NCBI GenBank assembly: GCA_965216325.1
Contig: OZ244160.1
Coordinates: 1,760,001-1,824,000 of the forward strand
Source of the DNA: Coraliomargarita sp.
GTDB taxonomy: Bacteria; Verrucomicrobiota; Verrucomicrobiia; Opitutales; Coraliomargaritaceae
Direction: 5' to 3'
DNA length: 64,000 nt
The translations under genes were made by a program, and so were the position numbers. Below the pieces are notes generated by a model. It saw only the letters and a list, made by a program, of their open reading frames with translations. It was not told the origin of the DNA and ran no database searches. Numbering within the stretch: position 1 is the first letter of the stretch; every line of letters starts with the position of its first letter. Shown piece by piece: positions 46,230 to 57,426 of the stretch.

Positions 46230-46359
46230 AATAAATGTGGCAGCGCCAGAAGTTGAATGGGGCGAACATTAGAAGGCTTAGGCTCGGGTGCAACTGAAGA
46301 ATGCGGCTTTGATCGCCATGAAGTTGACCAACAGGACTTTGCCTGCGTAGTTTAGCCGC

Positions 46360-46767
46360 ATGGTAAAAATCTCCATCGATTATCAGGGACAACTACGCTC
46401 ACAAGCTTCTCACGGTCCATCGGGCACGACCCTCACCACGGACGCTCCGGTCGACAATAATGGTAAGGGCGAGAGCTTTTCCCCGACTGATCTCTGTGCA
46501 ACGGCGCTTGGCAGCTGCATGGCGACCATTATCGGCATGCAAACCGAGCGGCTCGGTATTGATCTCAGTGGTATGCGTATCGAAGTCAGTAAAGAGATGT
46601 CTAAGGACCTGCCTCGTCGTATCGTGGAGTTGGTTACTGAGATTTGGTTGCCCATTGAATTGGATGCTGAGCAGCAAAAGCTGGTTGAAAAAGCGGCTCT
46701 CACCTGTCCGGTGCATTACAGTCTGCACCCGGATATCGCTAAGCCGATTCAGTTTCATTGGAAATAA
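46360..46767 (+). CDS. OsmC family protein
   Basis: TDAPVDNNGKG..FSPTDL...ALGSC ... CPV..SL. Confidence 0.92.
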   Translation: MVKISIDYQGQLRSQASHGPSGTTLTTDAPVDNNGKGESFSPTDLCATALGSCMATIIGMQTERLGIDLSGMRIEVSKEMSKDLPRRIVELVTEIWLPIELDAEQQKLVEKAALTCPVHYSLHPDIAKPIQFHWK

Positions 46768-46769
46768 GC

Positions 46770-48500
46770 ATGAGCGATATGGATCCCAGTCAGCGAGCGG
46801 TTGCACTATTATTATTTGATACGCAGAACCGCTTGTTTTGCCCGAGTAACGATGATTTTGAGCTACAGCCTAGTATCTTTGCGGCTGACCTGGTGAGTGC
46901 GCAGAAACATGCTGAATCTCTCGTCGAAAACCTGGGAAATGTTCATGAGCTAGTTAATGTCACCTTTAAGGGACAAGAATGCGTTGTTTTTGTGAGCACT
47001 GTTTCAGCTGACCTATCGAACAGTAACTATCACAGTATTGATCAACTAGCCACGGCTAATACCTCGGCAGAGCTGAAAGCAATCCTGGACGCGATTGAGC
47101 CTCATTTGGTCCGTATACCTTACCTGGATCTTGGCGAGAACGAATACATTTATCGCTTCAGGACCGCTAAAGAGCGCAATCGAGGTGTTTATGTGGATCA
47201 GCAATCCGAAGCTTTATACCAGAGTGCACTCTGTTCAGCGATCAAGGCGGTTCGCCGAACTAAGGAGAAATCATCCGGAGTGCCGGCTGTTCTGGATTTT
47301 GGGGCAGTCCGCTATGTGATTCCGAGTCACTTTGGCTTTTGTTTAGGAGTGCAGAATGCAATCGAGCGCGCCTATGAGGCTGTTGCGACGAATCCGGGCA
47401 AGCGTGTTTTCATGCTGAGTGAGTTGATTCATAATCCATTTGTGAATGAGGACCTCCTAGCGCGTGGACTTCGCTATTTGCAAACGGACAAGGGTTTACC
47501 GCTTCGTGCTGACGGAACACCAGCTAGTGATGTGGACGATCCGGATGCATTGTGGAATCAACTGACTGGTGACGACATTGTGATCATTCCTGCATTTGGT
47601 GCGACGAATGAAGACAAGGCACGACTGATTCGCCGTGGTATTGCGATACGCGAAAATGATGCAACCTGTATGCTGGTTGAGAAGGTTTGGAAAGCTGCGC
47701 GCCGCTATGCCAAGGAGGGCTTTACCGTTCTCATTCATGGCAAGTCTGAACATGAAGAGACGAAAGCTACGTTTTCTAACAGCGCGGCACATGGTCCTGC
47801 GTTGATGATTCGGAATATGGATCATGCCGAAGCCCTTGCAAAGGTTCTCCAAGCAGAGGGACCTGAGAAGAAGCGTTTGTTTGAAGCTTCCTTTGATGGA
47901 CTTCATTCAGATGGCTTCGATGCGGAGCGTGATTTGGAAAAGATTGCCGTAGTGAATCAAACGACTCTGCTACGGAATGAAACTTTGCGGATTATTGATT
48001 ATCTGCGGGAAGTGATCGCCGCAAAATACGGTGCGGAGCAGGTCGAGGCTCACTTATGGTCCAAGGGTAAAGGAGATACACTCTGTTATGCGACTCAGGT
48101 TAATCAGGATGCTCTGCACAAAGCAGTTGAAAAATCGATTGATGCGGCGCTTGTCGTCGGTGGGCGTAACAGTTCGAATACTTATCAACTGTATCGTGTT
48201 TGTAAGGAGCGTTTTGGTGACGATGCACATTACATTCAGTCTGAATCTAATATTCTTTCGAAGGATCAGATCCGACATTATCACTTCCCTGTACACGGAG
48301 AAAAGATTAGCCAAAGCCAAACAGAAATTCGTCCATTCTTAAAAGAAAGCGACTCCGCCTTGACAATTCTGCTAACTGGTGGGGCATCGTGCCCAGATGG
48401 TATTATCCAGCAGGTAATCAATAAAATAAATAGCTTCTTTCCCGCACAAACACTGACACCAGTCGATGATATCGTAAAAACTTTTGAGTCTGAAGTTTGA
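46770..48500 (+). CDS. ispH: 4-hydroxy-3-methylbut-2-enyl diphosphate reductase with a long N-terminal extension
   Basis: FGFCLGV, ELIHNP.VN, PAFG, DATC, HEET, NQTT, LCYATQ..Q, VGGRNSSN and GGASCP. Confidence 0.92.
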   Translation: MSDMDPSQRAVALLLFDTQNRLFCPSNDDFELQPSIFAADLVSAQKHAESLVENLGNVHELVNVTFKGQECVVFVSTVSADLSNSNYHSIDQLATANTSAELKAILDAIEPHLVRIPYLDLGENEYIYRFRTAKERNRGVYVDQQSEALYQSALCSAIKAVRRTKEKSSGVPAVLDFGAVRYVIPSHFGFCLGVQNAIERAYEAVATNPGKRVFMLSELIHNPFVNEDLLARGLRYLQTDKGLPLRADGTPASDVDDPDALWNQLTGDDIVIIPAFGATNEDKARLIRRGIAIRENDATCMLVEKVWKAARRYAKEGFTVLIHGKSEHEETKATFSNSAAHGPALMIRNMDHAEALAKVLQAEGPEKKRLFEASFDGLHSDGFDAERDLEKIAVVNQTTLLRNETLRIIDYLREVIAAKYGAEQVEAHLWSKGKGDTLCYATQVNQDALHKAVEKSIDAALVVGGRNSSNTYQLYRVCKERFGDDAHYIQSESNILSKDQIRHYHFPVHGEKISQSQTEIRPFLKESDSALTILLTGGASCPDGIIQQVINKINSFFPAQTLTPVDDIVKTFESEV

Positions 48501-48531
48501 GGAACAAACAGCATTGATTAAGTTATAGGTA

Positions 48532-48876
48532 GTGCTAATCGGACTCACAGACTTTGATGGCAGCCCCGCCCCCTTGATAGATTACGCGATCGGAACGGTC
48601 GTGTATCACAAGCTCTACAATTATCGCGGTGTGGTCGTTGCACACGACCTGCAGTGTATGGCAGGCGACACGTGGTATTATGCCAACAAGACTCAGCCAT
48701 CCAAGGATCAGCCATGGTATCATGTCTTGGTGCACGATAGCGGCGGCCTTAGCACCTATGTTGCTCAGGAAAATTTAGAGATCGATGATAGTGGCGAATC
48801 GGTGAATCACCCAAGGATCGATAGCTATTTTTCCGAGTTTAAGGATGGGCATTATCTCGTGCATCCAGCTGAGTAA
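48532..48876 (+). CDS. hspQ: heat shock protein HspQ (YccV-like)
   Basis: IG.VV.HKLY.YRGVV ... QPWYHVLV ... TYVAQENL ... HP.I..YF. Confidence 0.85.
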   Translation: MLIGLTDFDGSPAPLIDYAIGTVVYHKLYNYRGVVVAHDLQCMAGDTWYYANKTQPSKDQPWYHVLVHDSGGLSTYVAQENLEIDDSGESVNHPRIDSYFSEFKDGHYLVHPAE

Positions 48877-48886
48877 GTAGCTTCAG

Positions 48887-50278
48887 TTAAACGGTTACAG
48901 CTTCGCTGCTCTGTTCTGCCTCCATACCCTCGAGAATCAATTCCCCCATGAGTGTGCTTGCAGTAGCGCTTAGTATCTTAACTGGAACCAGTTGGCCGAT
49001 CAGACGTGGGCTCGCTTTAACAATCACTTTGCGGTGGCCACGTGTGCGGCCAACAAACATGTCCTCACCACGTTTTGCCGGACCCTCAAACAGCACTTCT
49101 TCAGTCATGCCCACCAGTGATTCATTTCGCTCTAAGGAACGCTTACCGAGAATATCGAGTAGCACCTGATTGCGCTCTTCTTTGACTTCTTTCGTAATCG
49201 GATCGCCGAGTGGCTCAGCCGTTGTCCCAGGGCGCACACTGTATTTGAAGAGGTAAGCCATATCGAAGCCGATGTCTTCAAAATGTGAACGCGTCATCTC
49301 AAAGTCTTCGTCGGTCTCACCGGGGAAGCCAACGATGACATCGGTTGAGATATAAACATCAGGGCGCACGCTGCGGATTTTGTCGATAATACGGCGGAAG
49401 CGCTCGATCGTATAGGGACGTCGCATTGCTTTAAGAATGCGGTCACTGCCACTCTGCATCGGGAAGTGCAGGTATTCGCAGAGCTTCGGCATGCGGCCAT
49501 AGCATTCAATCAAGTCATCCTTGAAACCGACCGGGTGCGGGCTGGTGAAGCGGATGCGCTCAATACCATCGATTTCATGAACCTTTTCGAGCAGTTGCAC
49601 GAATGGGCTCTTCTTATCGACAAAAGGAAATTCGCGAATGCCGTATTGGTTTACAATCTGGCCGAGCAAAGTAATTTCACGAGTGCCACTAGCTGCCAGT
49701 TCTTTGACTTCCGCAACGATTTCATCCATCGGGCGGGCGCGCTCAGCACCGCGTGTCTTCGGCACGATGCAGTAGGAGCACTTCATGTTGCAGCCCTGCA
49801 TGATGCTGACAAATGCGGTTACCTGATCTTTCTCCTCAATGTGGGATTTGATCGTGTTTTGTGAGCCTTCTTCTTCTTCGAGATCAATGATGCTCTCTGG
49901 ACGTGGGCCTTGCCCTTGCAGGGTCGCGATCATATTGTCCAAGTGCTCAGGCACACGGTGAAATTTTTGTGTTCCAACAATCAGATCGAGGTCCGGCAGG
50001 CGGTCGAGCAGGTCGCTGCCACGATTTTGCGCCATGCAGCCCATCACTCCGAGAATGAAGTTCGGGTTCTTCTTTTTACGCTTGGTCAGGTGTCCGGCTT
50101 TGCCGATGGCCTTCTGCTCTGCCTGATCACGCACACTACAGGTGTTGAGAAGAACGACGTCTGCTTCCTGCTCATTGTCCACCATGGAGTAGCCCTTGCC
50201 GCGCAGCATTGCAGCAACCGCGTCGGAGTCGCGCTCGTTCATTTGGCACCCGTAGGTCTTAATATAAACCCGATTCAT
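48887..50278 (-). CDS. miaB: tRNA-i6A37 methylthiotransferase
   Basis: TYGCQMN..DS, NTCSVR, GCMAQ, radical SAM motif GCNMKCSYC and a TRAM domain. Confidence 0.97.
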   Translation of the reverse strand: MNRVYIKTYGCQMNERDSDAVAAMLRGKGYSMVDNEQEADVVLLNTCSVRDQAEQKAIGKAGHLTKRKKKNPNFILGVMGCMAQNRGSDLLDRLPDLDLIVGTQKFHRVPEHLDNMIATLQGQGPRPESIIDLEEEEGSQNTIKSHIEEKDQVTAFVSIMQGCNMKCSYCIVPKTRGAERARPMDEIVAEVKELAASGTREITLLGQIVNQYGIREFPFVDKKSPFVQLLEKVHEIDGIERIRFTSPHPVGFKDDLIECYGRMPKLCEYLHFPMQSGSDRILKAMRRPYTIERFRRIIDKIRSVRPDVYISTDVIVGFPGETDEDFEMTRSHFEDIGFDMAYLFKYSVRPGTTAEPLGDPITKEVKEERNQVLLDILGKRSLERNESLVGMTEEVLFEGPAKRGEDMFVGRTRGHRKVIVKASPRLIGQLVPVKILSATASTLMGELILEGMEAEQSSEAVTV

Positions 50279-50435
50279 AAGGAGCGCGGAGCATGTTGGC
50301 TAAGAGTGCTTTGTAAATGAAGAACTGCAGGCTCTGCCGACAGAATTGTATAAAAATTGTAAGAAAATATTTAAACTAGAGGGCTTATTTAGTGGGGCCT
50401 TGACCCCTCTATTGCGTGTAGCTTCACTGTATATT

Positions 50436-51023
50436 ATGTCTAACTCACAACTTACCCCCCGTGATATGATTCTGAATGTGGCTGGTGAACTGTTCCACCG
50501 TAAGGGCTACGGCGCCGTGACCATTCAGGATGTGATTGAAGCTTGCAACATCACCCCGGCAACTTTCCACCGTAATTTTCAAAGCAAGTCCGAACTTGGC
50601 TGTGCGTGGTTGGAGCGACTCAACCGCCGCATGGCGTCGATGCATCTGACTTTCATGGAGAAGCTCGGGGCGCGGGAAACTCGCCTTAAGAAATACTTTT
50701 TGTCCATGGGCAATTGGCTTGAAACCAATGGCTACCGTTCGTGCCAATTTGCCAATACGGCTGCCAGTATCGACGAGGCGGACCACGATATTGTGGATAT
50801 GGTCGATCAGTATAAGCGTGCGCAGCATAAGTTTTTCATCGATCTGGTGAAAACGATTGTTGGTCCGAAAGATGCTAAGAAGATCGGCACCGCAGTCTTC
50901 CTCCTATTTTCAGGTGCGATGACTGAGGCTCAGAATTTAAAAGCAAAGTGGCCGCTGGAAGATGCGCTTACTTGTGCCGAAGAGCTTTGCGAACTCCATG
51001 TCGGTATGGAAGTCGCCGTGTAA
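50436..51023 (+). CDS. TetR/AcrR family transcriptional regulator
   Basis: IL..A.ELF..KGY..VTI.DV...C.I...TF...F.SK.EL and C.FAN. Start placed at ATG 50436. Confidence 0.9.
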   Translation: MSNSQLTPRDMILNVAGELFHRKGYGAVTIQDVIEACNITPATFHRNFQSKSELGCAWLERLNRRMASMHLTFMEKLGARETRLKKYFLSMGNWLETNGYRSCQFANTAASIDEADHDIVDMVDQYKRAQHKFFIDLVKTIVGPKDAKKIGTAVFLLFSGAMTEAQNLKAKWPLEDALTCAEELCELHVGMEVAV

Positions 51024-51059
51024 GGTTTTACCCTAGCCCCCTATTATGGTCCCCGGAAG

Positions 51060-51089
51060 GCCGGCAGATGGATTTCTGCCGGCTTTTTT
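51060..51089 (+). terminator. rho-independent terminator
   Basis: GCCGGCAGA-TGGATT-TCTGCCGGC followed by a T-run. Confidence 0.8.
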
Positions 51090-51489
51090 ATGGTTCCTCG
51101 TCGATTACCGGGGAATCCTTACATGGCTGTGCGGGTTAAAGCGACGGACAGGTTCCGAGTGGAACGACAAGACCGGGCACGGAGTGGACCGGACCATGTC
51201 CGTCCTCCTTTGCCGAGACCATGTTTTCGAAAGGAGGCAGGACATTCCTGTCCTGCTCAAGTTTGCCAGTTGCCGTCGGGCTACTTGTTGTCTGTCGTGG
51301 GGCAAAGTGATCGCAGCCCGAGCATGAATCTCTGCCTTTCATCCGATTCGACGAGGAACCCCAATTAAGCACGCATTCCCCGGAAAGTAACGAAGAACCT
51401 TTTTTATGGCACATCTTGACAGAGCGCTGGTCAGTTCCAAGCTCCACAAGTTTTTCAACTACAACCGAAACCAAAATAGACAGTATAAT

Positions 51490-52017
51490 ATGATCACCGT
51501 CGGCGATTCATTCCCTCAGTTCAAAGTCAAGGCCTGCAATGGTCTTACCAACGACGATCTTATCGAGATCACCAGCGAAAGCTACGAAGGTAAGTGGAAG
51601 GTATTTTTCTTCTACCCAAAGGACTTCACTTTCGTCTGCCCAACTGAGATCGTTGAGTTCAGCAAGCAAGCTGAAGAATTTGCTGACCGTGACACAGTGG
51701 TTCTTGGCGGTAGTGCTGACAACGAGTTCTGCCACCTTGCATGGCGCAATGATCACGAAGATCTTCGTGGCCTGCAAATCCCTCTCATTGCTGCTCCGAA
51801 ACTCGCTCGTGAGCTTGGCATCCTTGACCCAGAAGAGAACGTCTGCCTGCGTGCAACTTTCATCGTCGATCCACATGGCGTCGTTCAATACGCATCTTGC
51901 AACAACCTCAGTGTTGGCCGCAATGTGAAGGAAATCCTGCGCGTACTCGACGCGATCCAGTCGGATGAGCTCTGCCCATGCAACTGGAAGAAGGGTGACG
52001 AAACCATCAAGGTCTGA
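51490..52017 (+). CDS. ahpC: peroxiredoxin AhpC
   Basis: FFYPKDFTFVCPTE, RATFIVD, GRN..E..R and LCPCNW (AhpD-coupled type). Confidence 0.95.
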   Translation: MITVGDSFPQFKVKACNGLTNDDLIEITSESYEGKWKVFFFYPKDFTFVCPTEIVEFSKQAEEFADRDTVVLGGSADNEFCHLAWRNDHEDLRGLQIPLIAAPKLARELGILDPEENVCLRATFIVDPHGVVQYASCNNLSVGRNVKEILRVLDAIQSDELCPCNWKKGDETIKV

Positions 52018-52026
52018 GTTTAATCC

Positions 52027-52557
52027 ATGGAGAATGTAGCTGAATTGCTCTCGCAGCTTCCTGATGAAGCTAAGGATATCCGTATCAACGCCAAGCGTGT
52101 GTTGGCTGCCGAAGAGTCGCTCGATAATGAGCAGACTTGGGGGACCGCACTCGCCTGCGCGTATTTCATCCGCAATGCAGAGATTACCGAGGCAGTCTTG
52201 AACGATGCTAAGGCTGCAGGTGTGAGTGAGGCTGTATTGGCTGATGCGAAAGCGGCAGCCTGTTTGATGGGACAGAATACGATCTACTATCGTTTCCGTC
52301 ACCTGATGAACAGCGAGCAATATAACCAGCGTCCAGCAAATCTGCGCATGATGCGTATGCAGCAGGTCGCGTCAACCAAGCTCAACTTCGAGCTGTTCTC
52401 GATTGGTCCAGCCGCACTCAAGGGTTGCGAGATGTGCCTTAAGGCACACGAAGCTCAAGTGAAGGCTGGCGGTCTCAATGAGGACCAAGTGCATGATGCG
52501 GTTCGCATCTCGGCCGTGCTTTTCGGTCTGGCAGTCGCTCTAGACACTGCCATCTAA
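52027..52557 (+). CDS. ahpD: alkyl hydroperoxide reductase AhpD
   Basis: LPDEAKDIRIN, N..YYRF.H and GCEMCLKAH; lies directly after ahpC. Confidence 0.92.
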   Translation: MENVAELLSQLPDEAKDIRINAKRVLAAEESLDNEQTWGTALACAYFIRNAEITEAVLNDAKAAGVSEAVLADAKAAACLMGQNTIYYRFRHLMNSEQYNQRPANLRMMRMQQVASTKLNFELFSIGPAALKGCEMCLKAHEAQVKAGGLNEDQVHDAVRISAVLFGLAVALDTAI

Positions 52558-52578
52558 GCAGCTACAGATTTTTTTACG

Positions 52579-52608
52579 AAGGGCGTTGTGTGAAACAGCG
52601 CCCTTTTT
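52579..52608 (+). terminator. rho-independent terminator of ahpCD
   Basis: AAGGGCGTTGT-GTGAA-ACAGCGCCCTT followed by a T-run. Confidence 0.8.
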
Positions 52609-52660
52609 GGTGTCTGCTTACTTGTCGTGGAGTAGAAGATGCTTTTGTTCCAGATCGACC

Positions 52661-53068
52661 ATGTCCTACGAACCACAGAGAATTTTTGTTTACGGTACCC
52701 TCCAACCGGGGGGCACTTATTGGCCACAATTTTGCGAAGGCAAAGTCAGTGATGTTGTCGCTGCAATGGCGAAGGGGCAATTGTTCGATCTCCATCAGGG
52801 TTATCCGGGAGCACAGTTTGGCGGTTCTAGCTGGATTCGAGGTTGTGTGATGTCCGTTCTATCCGAGCAGGCCTTGCTCAAGATTGATGAACTCGAAGGT
52901 TACGACGGAAGTCGTGGGTATTTAGAAAACGAATACACCCGAGTCCGGGTCGATACCTATGACGTGGCAGGAGCGTTTTTAGGCCAGGTCTGGGCTTATG
53001 AGATTAATGCGCACTATCTGCATCGCTTCAAAGGCACCCTCATGCCGGATGGCATTTGGCCGCTGTAG
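52661..53068 (+). CDS. gamma-glutamylcyclotransferase family protein
   Basis: IFVYGTL..G, GYPG, IDELEG and Y.R. Confidence 0.85.
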   Translation: MSYEPQRIFVYGTLQPGGTYWPQFCEGKVSDVVAAMAKGQLFDLHQGYPGAQFGGSSWIRGCVMSVLSEQALLKIDELEGYDGSRGYLENEYTRVRVDTYDVAGAFLGQVWAYEINAHYLHRFKGTLMPDGIWPL

Positions 53069-53114
53069 CTGATTCAACAGCAGTTGTTCGCTAACATGAC
53101 TGCTCAATTGATTA

Positions 53115-53129
53115 ATAAGCATAGCTTAT
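53115..53129. promoter_or_regulatory. palindromic regulator site upstream of pflB (LysR T-N11-A type)
   Basis: Perfect ATAAGC-ATA-GCTTAT in an AT-rich intergenic region. Confidence 0.4.
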
Positions 53130-53261
53130 ACAATACAGTTTTATCGTTAAGTTTAGTTAATCGAATTGCATTCAGGGGGAGCTGTGATAAGTAAAACTGA
53201 TTCTAATTTAATTAGAACATTCACTACACTTATCACTCAAACGTTTTAACCTACCGAAAAA

Positions 53262-55535
<2,274 letters not shown>

Positions 55536-55556
55536 ATTTGTTCTTTATAGATATGA

Positions 55557-55662
55557 CCACCCCGACCGGACAAGCCGGTCACCCCTCCTCATCAAGGAGG
55601 GGAGCTTCAGAAAGCTCCTCCCCTGCTAAGGGGAGGTCATCCGCTCGTCGGATGGGAGGGGT
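55557..55662. repeat. CCCCTCC/GGAGGGG palindromic repeat element
   Basis: CACCCCTCCTCATCAAGGAGGGGA...AGAAAGCTCCTCCCCTGCTAAG; a second copy lies at 58653-58759. Confidence 0.75.
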
Positions 55663-55813
55663 CTCTTAAAAACAGTTTAAGCCGTCGTTTCGACAATAGG
55701 ATTTTCCATCCACCCATCGGCTCCGCACCTCCCATCCCGCGGAGCCACACCGGCGCAGGGCAGCCCCCCTGTCCTGCGCCACTTAGTTTTTTCCTCACAA
55801 CCGCCTACCAGCC

Positions 55814-56608
55814 ATGTGCACACTCGCAGAACCAATCAATGACAACGCTAACGCCGCCACTTGCGCTTTCGCAAATGACGCCGATACCTTGGGTTACGTC
55901 CATTCCGTAGAGACCTGCGGAACAGTTGACGGCCCGGGCCTGCGCTATGTTCTCTTTTTGAATGGGTGCCCACTGCGCTGTATGTATTGCCACAACCCGG
56001 ATGCACAGGGTAAGCCACACGGCGAGCAAAAGAGCCCGACTGAGGTGATTGAGGATGTGGTCAAATACAAGAACTTCATCAAGGACGGCGGCTTGACCAT
56101 AAGTGGCGGTGAGCCGCTCATGCAGCCCAAGTTCGTTGAGGCCACCTTTAAGGCAGCCAAGGCCGAAGGCCTCCACACGACACTGGATACCTCTGGTTTC
56201 CTAGGCCACAAGGCGACCGACGAGCTACTCGACAACACCGACCTCGTCCTGCTCGACATCAAGAGCTGGAGCCCACTCACCTACAAGTATGTGACCGGCG
56301 TCTGCGTCGACAACACTGTCAAGTTTGCCAAGCGTCTCGACGAGCGGGGCAACAAGGTCTGGATCCGCTTCGTGCTGGTGCCTGGACTGACGGACAACGC
56401 TAAGAACGTCGAAGGCCTTGCCGAGTTCGTCGCCACTTTGGGCAACGTCGAGCGCGTTGAGATCCTCCCCTTCCACAAGATAGGCGAGCACAAATACGCG
56501 GCTGCTGGACTCGACTACAAGCTCAAGGACACGCCCACACCAACCAAGGGTGAGGTCGAAGCCGTGCAACGCATCTTCGCCAAGCACGGTATCGAGGCGA
56601 AGGTTTAG
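55814..56608 (+). CDS. pflA: pyruvate formate-lyase activating enzyme
   Basis: GTVDGPG, GCPLRCMYCHNPD, GGLTISGGEP and LPFHKIG; follows pflB. Confidence 0.96.
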   Translation: MCTLAEPINDNANAATCAFANDADTLGYVHSVETCGTVDGPGLRYVLFLNGCPLRCMYCHNPDAQGKPHGEQKSPTEVIEDVVKYKNFIKDGGLTISGGEPLMQPKFVEATFKAAKAEGLHTTLDTSGFLGHKATDELLDNTDLVLLDIKSWSPLTYKYVTGVCVDNTVKFAKRLDERGNKVWIRFVLVPGLTDNAKNVEGLAEFVATLGNVERVEILPFHKIGEHKYAAAGLDYKLKDTPTPTKGEVEAVQRIFAKHGIEAKV

Positions 56609-56737
56609 TCGAAATTGGGGTTCCGACTTTAGGCGTTTGAAGCGTTCAGTTAGTTACGAGCATTCGTGAACCTTGGGTAGGGAGGTCCAAGTTGCTTGTC
56701 CTTGCGGTTTATCGCGCTTGGGTGCATCTGCTTAGTT

Positions 56738-57376
56738 ATGTTTCTCAATGATACGACTCCGTTTAAATTGCTTTTCATCGGCGATTCGATTACGGACTGT
56801 GGCCGCGACCGTGCGTTCAATGGCGACGATCTTGGCGATGGCTATGTGCGTCAGGTTGATGCCCTATTACGTGGACATTATCCTCAATTGAATGTGAAGG
56901 TTCTGAACACGGGTATCAGCGGTAATCGGGTCGACGACCTGGAGACACGCTGGGATACTGATGTCAAGGCGCTCAAGCCTGACTATCTTTCCATTATGAT
57001 CGGGATTAATGATGTGTGGCGTCACTACGACAACCCGCACATGGACCAGATCGATGTGGAGACCTATGCGGCAAAGTTGGAAGGTCTAATCCAGAAGACA
57101 TTGCCTATGGTTAAAGGACTGGTGGTGATGTCGCCCTTCTTTCTCGAGATAAACAAGTCCGATGCGATGCGCGTTCAAATGGATGCCTACGGAGCGGCTG
57201 CTCAGGCCGTGGCCGAGCGCAATGGTCTGCCTTTTGTGGATGTGCAGGCAGCCTTTGATGCTTGGTTGGCGCACAATCCGACGCAGCAACTCTGTGGCGA
57301 CCGCGTGCACCCCAACCATGTCGGGCATAATATCATCGCTAGTGCCTTTCTGAATGCGGTCGGCTTTGAATGGTGA
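56738..57376 (+). CDS. SGNH/GDSL hydrolase
   Basis: FIGDSITD, N.GISG, IGIND and DRVHPN. Confidence 0.92.
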   Translation: MFLNDTTPFKLLFIGDSITDCGRDRAFNGDDLGDGYVRQVDALLRGHYPQLNVKVLNTGISGNRVDDLETRWDTDVKALKPDYLSIMIGINDVWRHYDNPHMDQIDVETYAAKLEGLIQKTLPMVKGLVVMSPFFLEINKSDAMRVQMDAYGAAAQAVAERNGLPFVDVQAAFDAWLAHNPTQQLCGDRVHPNHVGHNIIASAFLNAVGFEW

Positions 57377-57426
57377 GGCGAGATTTCCGTTGTCTTGGCA
57401 TTCAGTAGCGGTCAAAAGTTGAGTCC

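Noticed and set aside
48532..48876. hspQ (YccV domain) near the putative origin as a replication-control module
   Set aside because: It is 3.5 kb away within a different gene cluster; proximity alone is not evidence.
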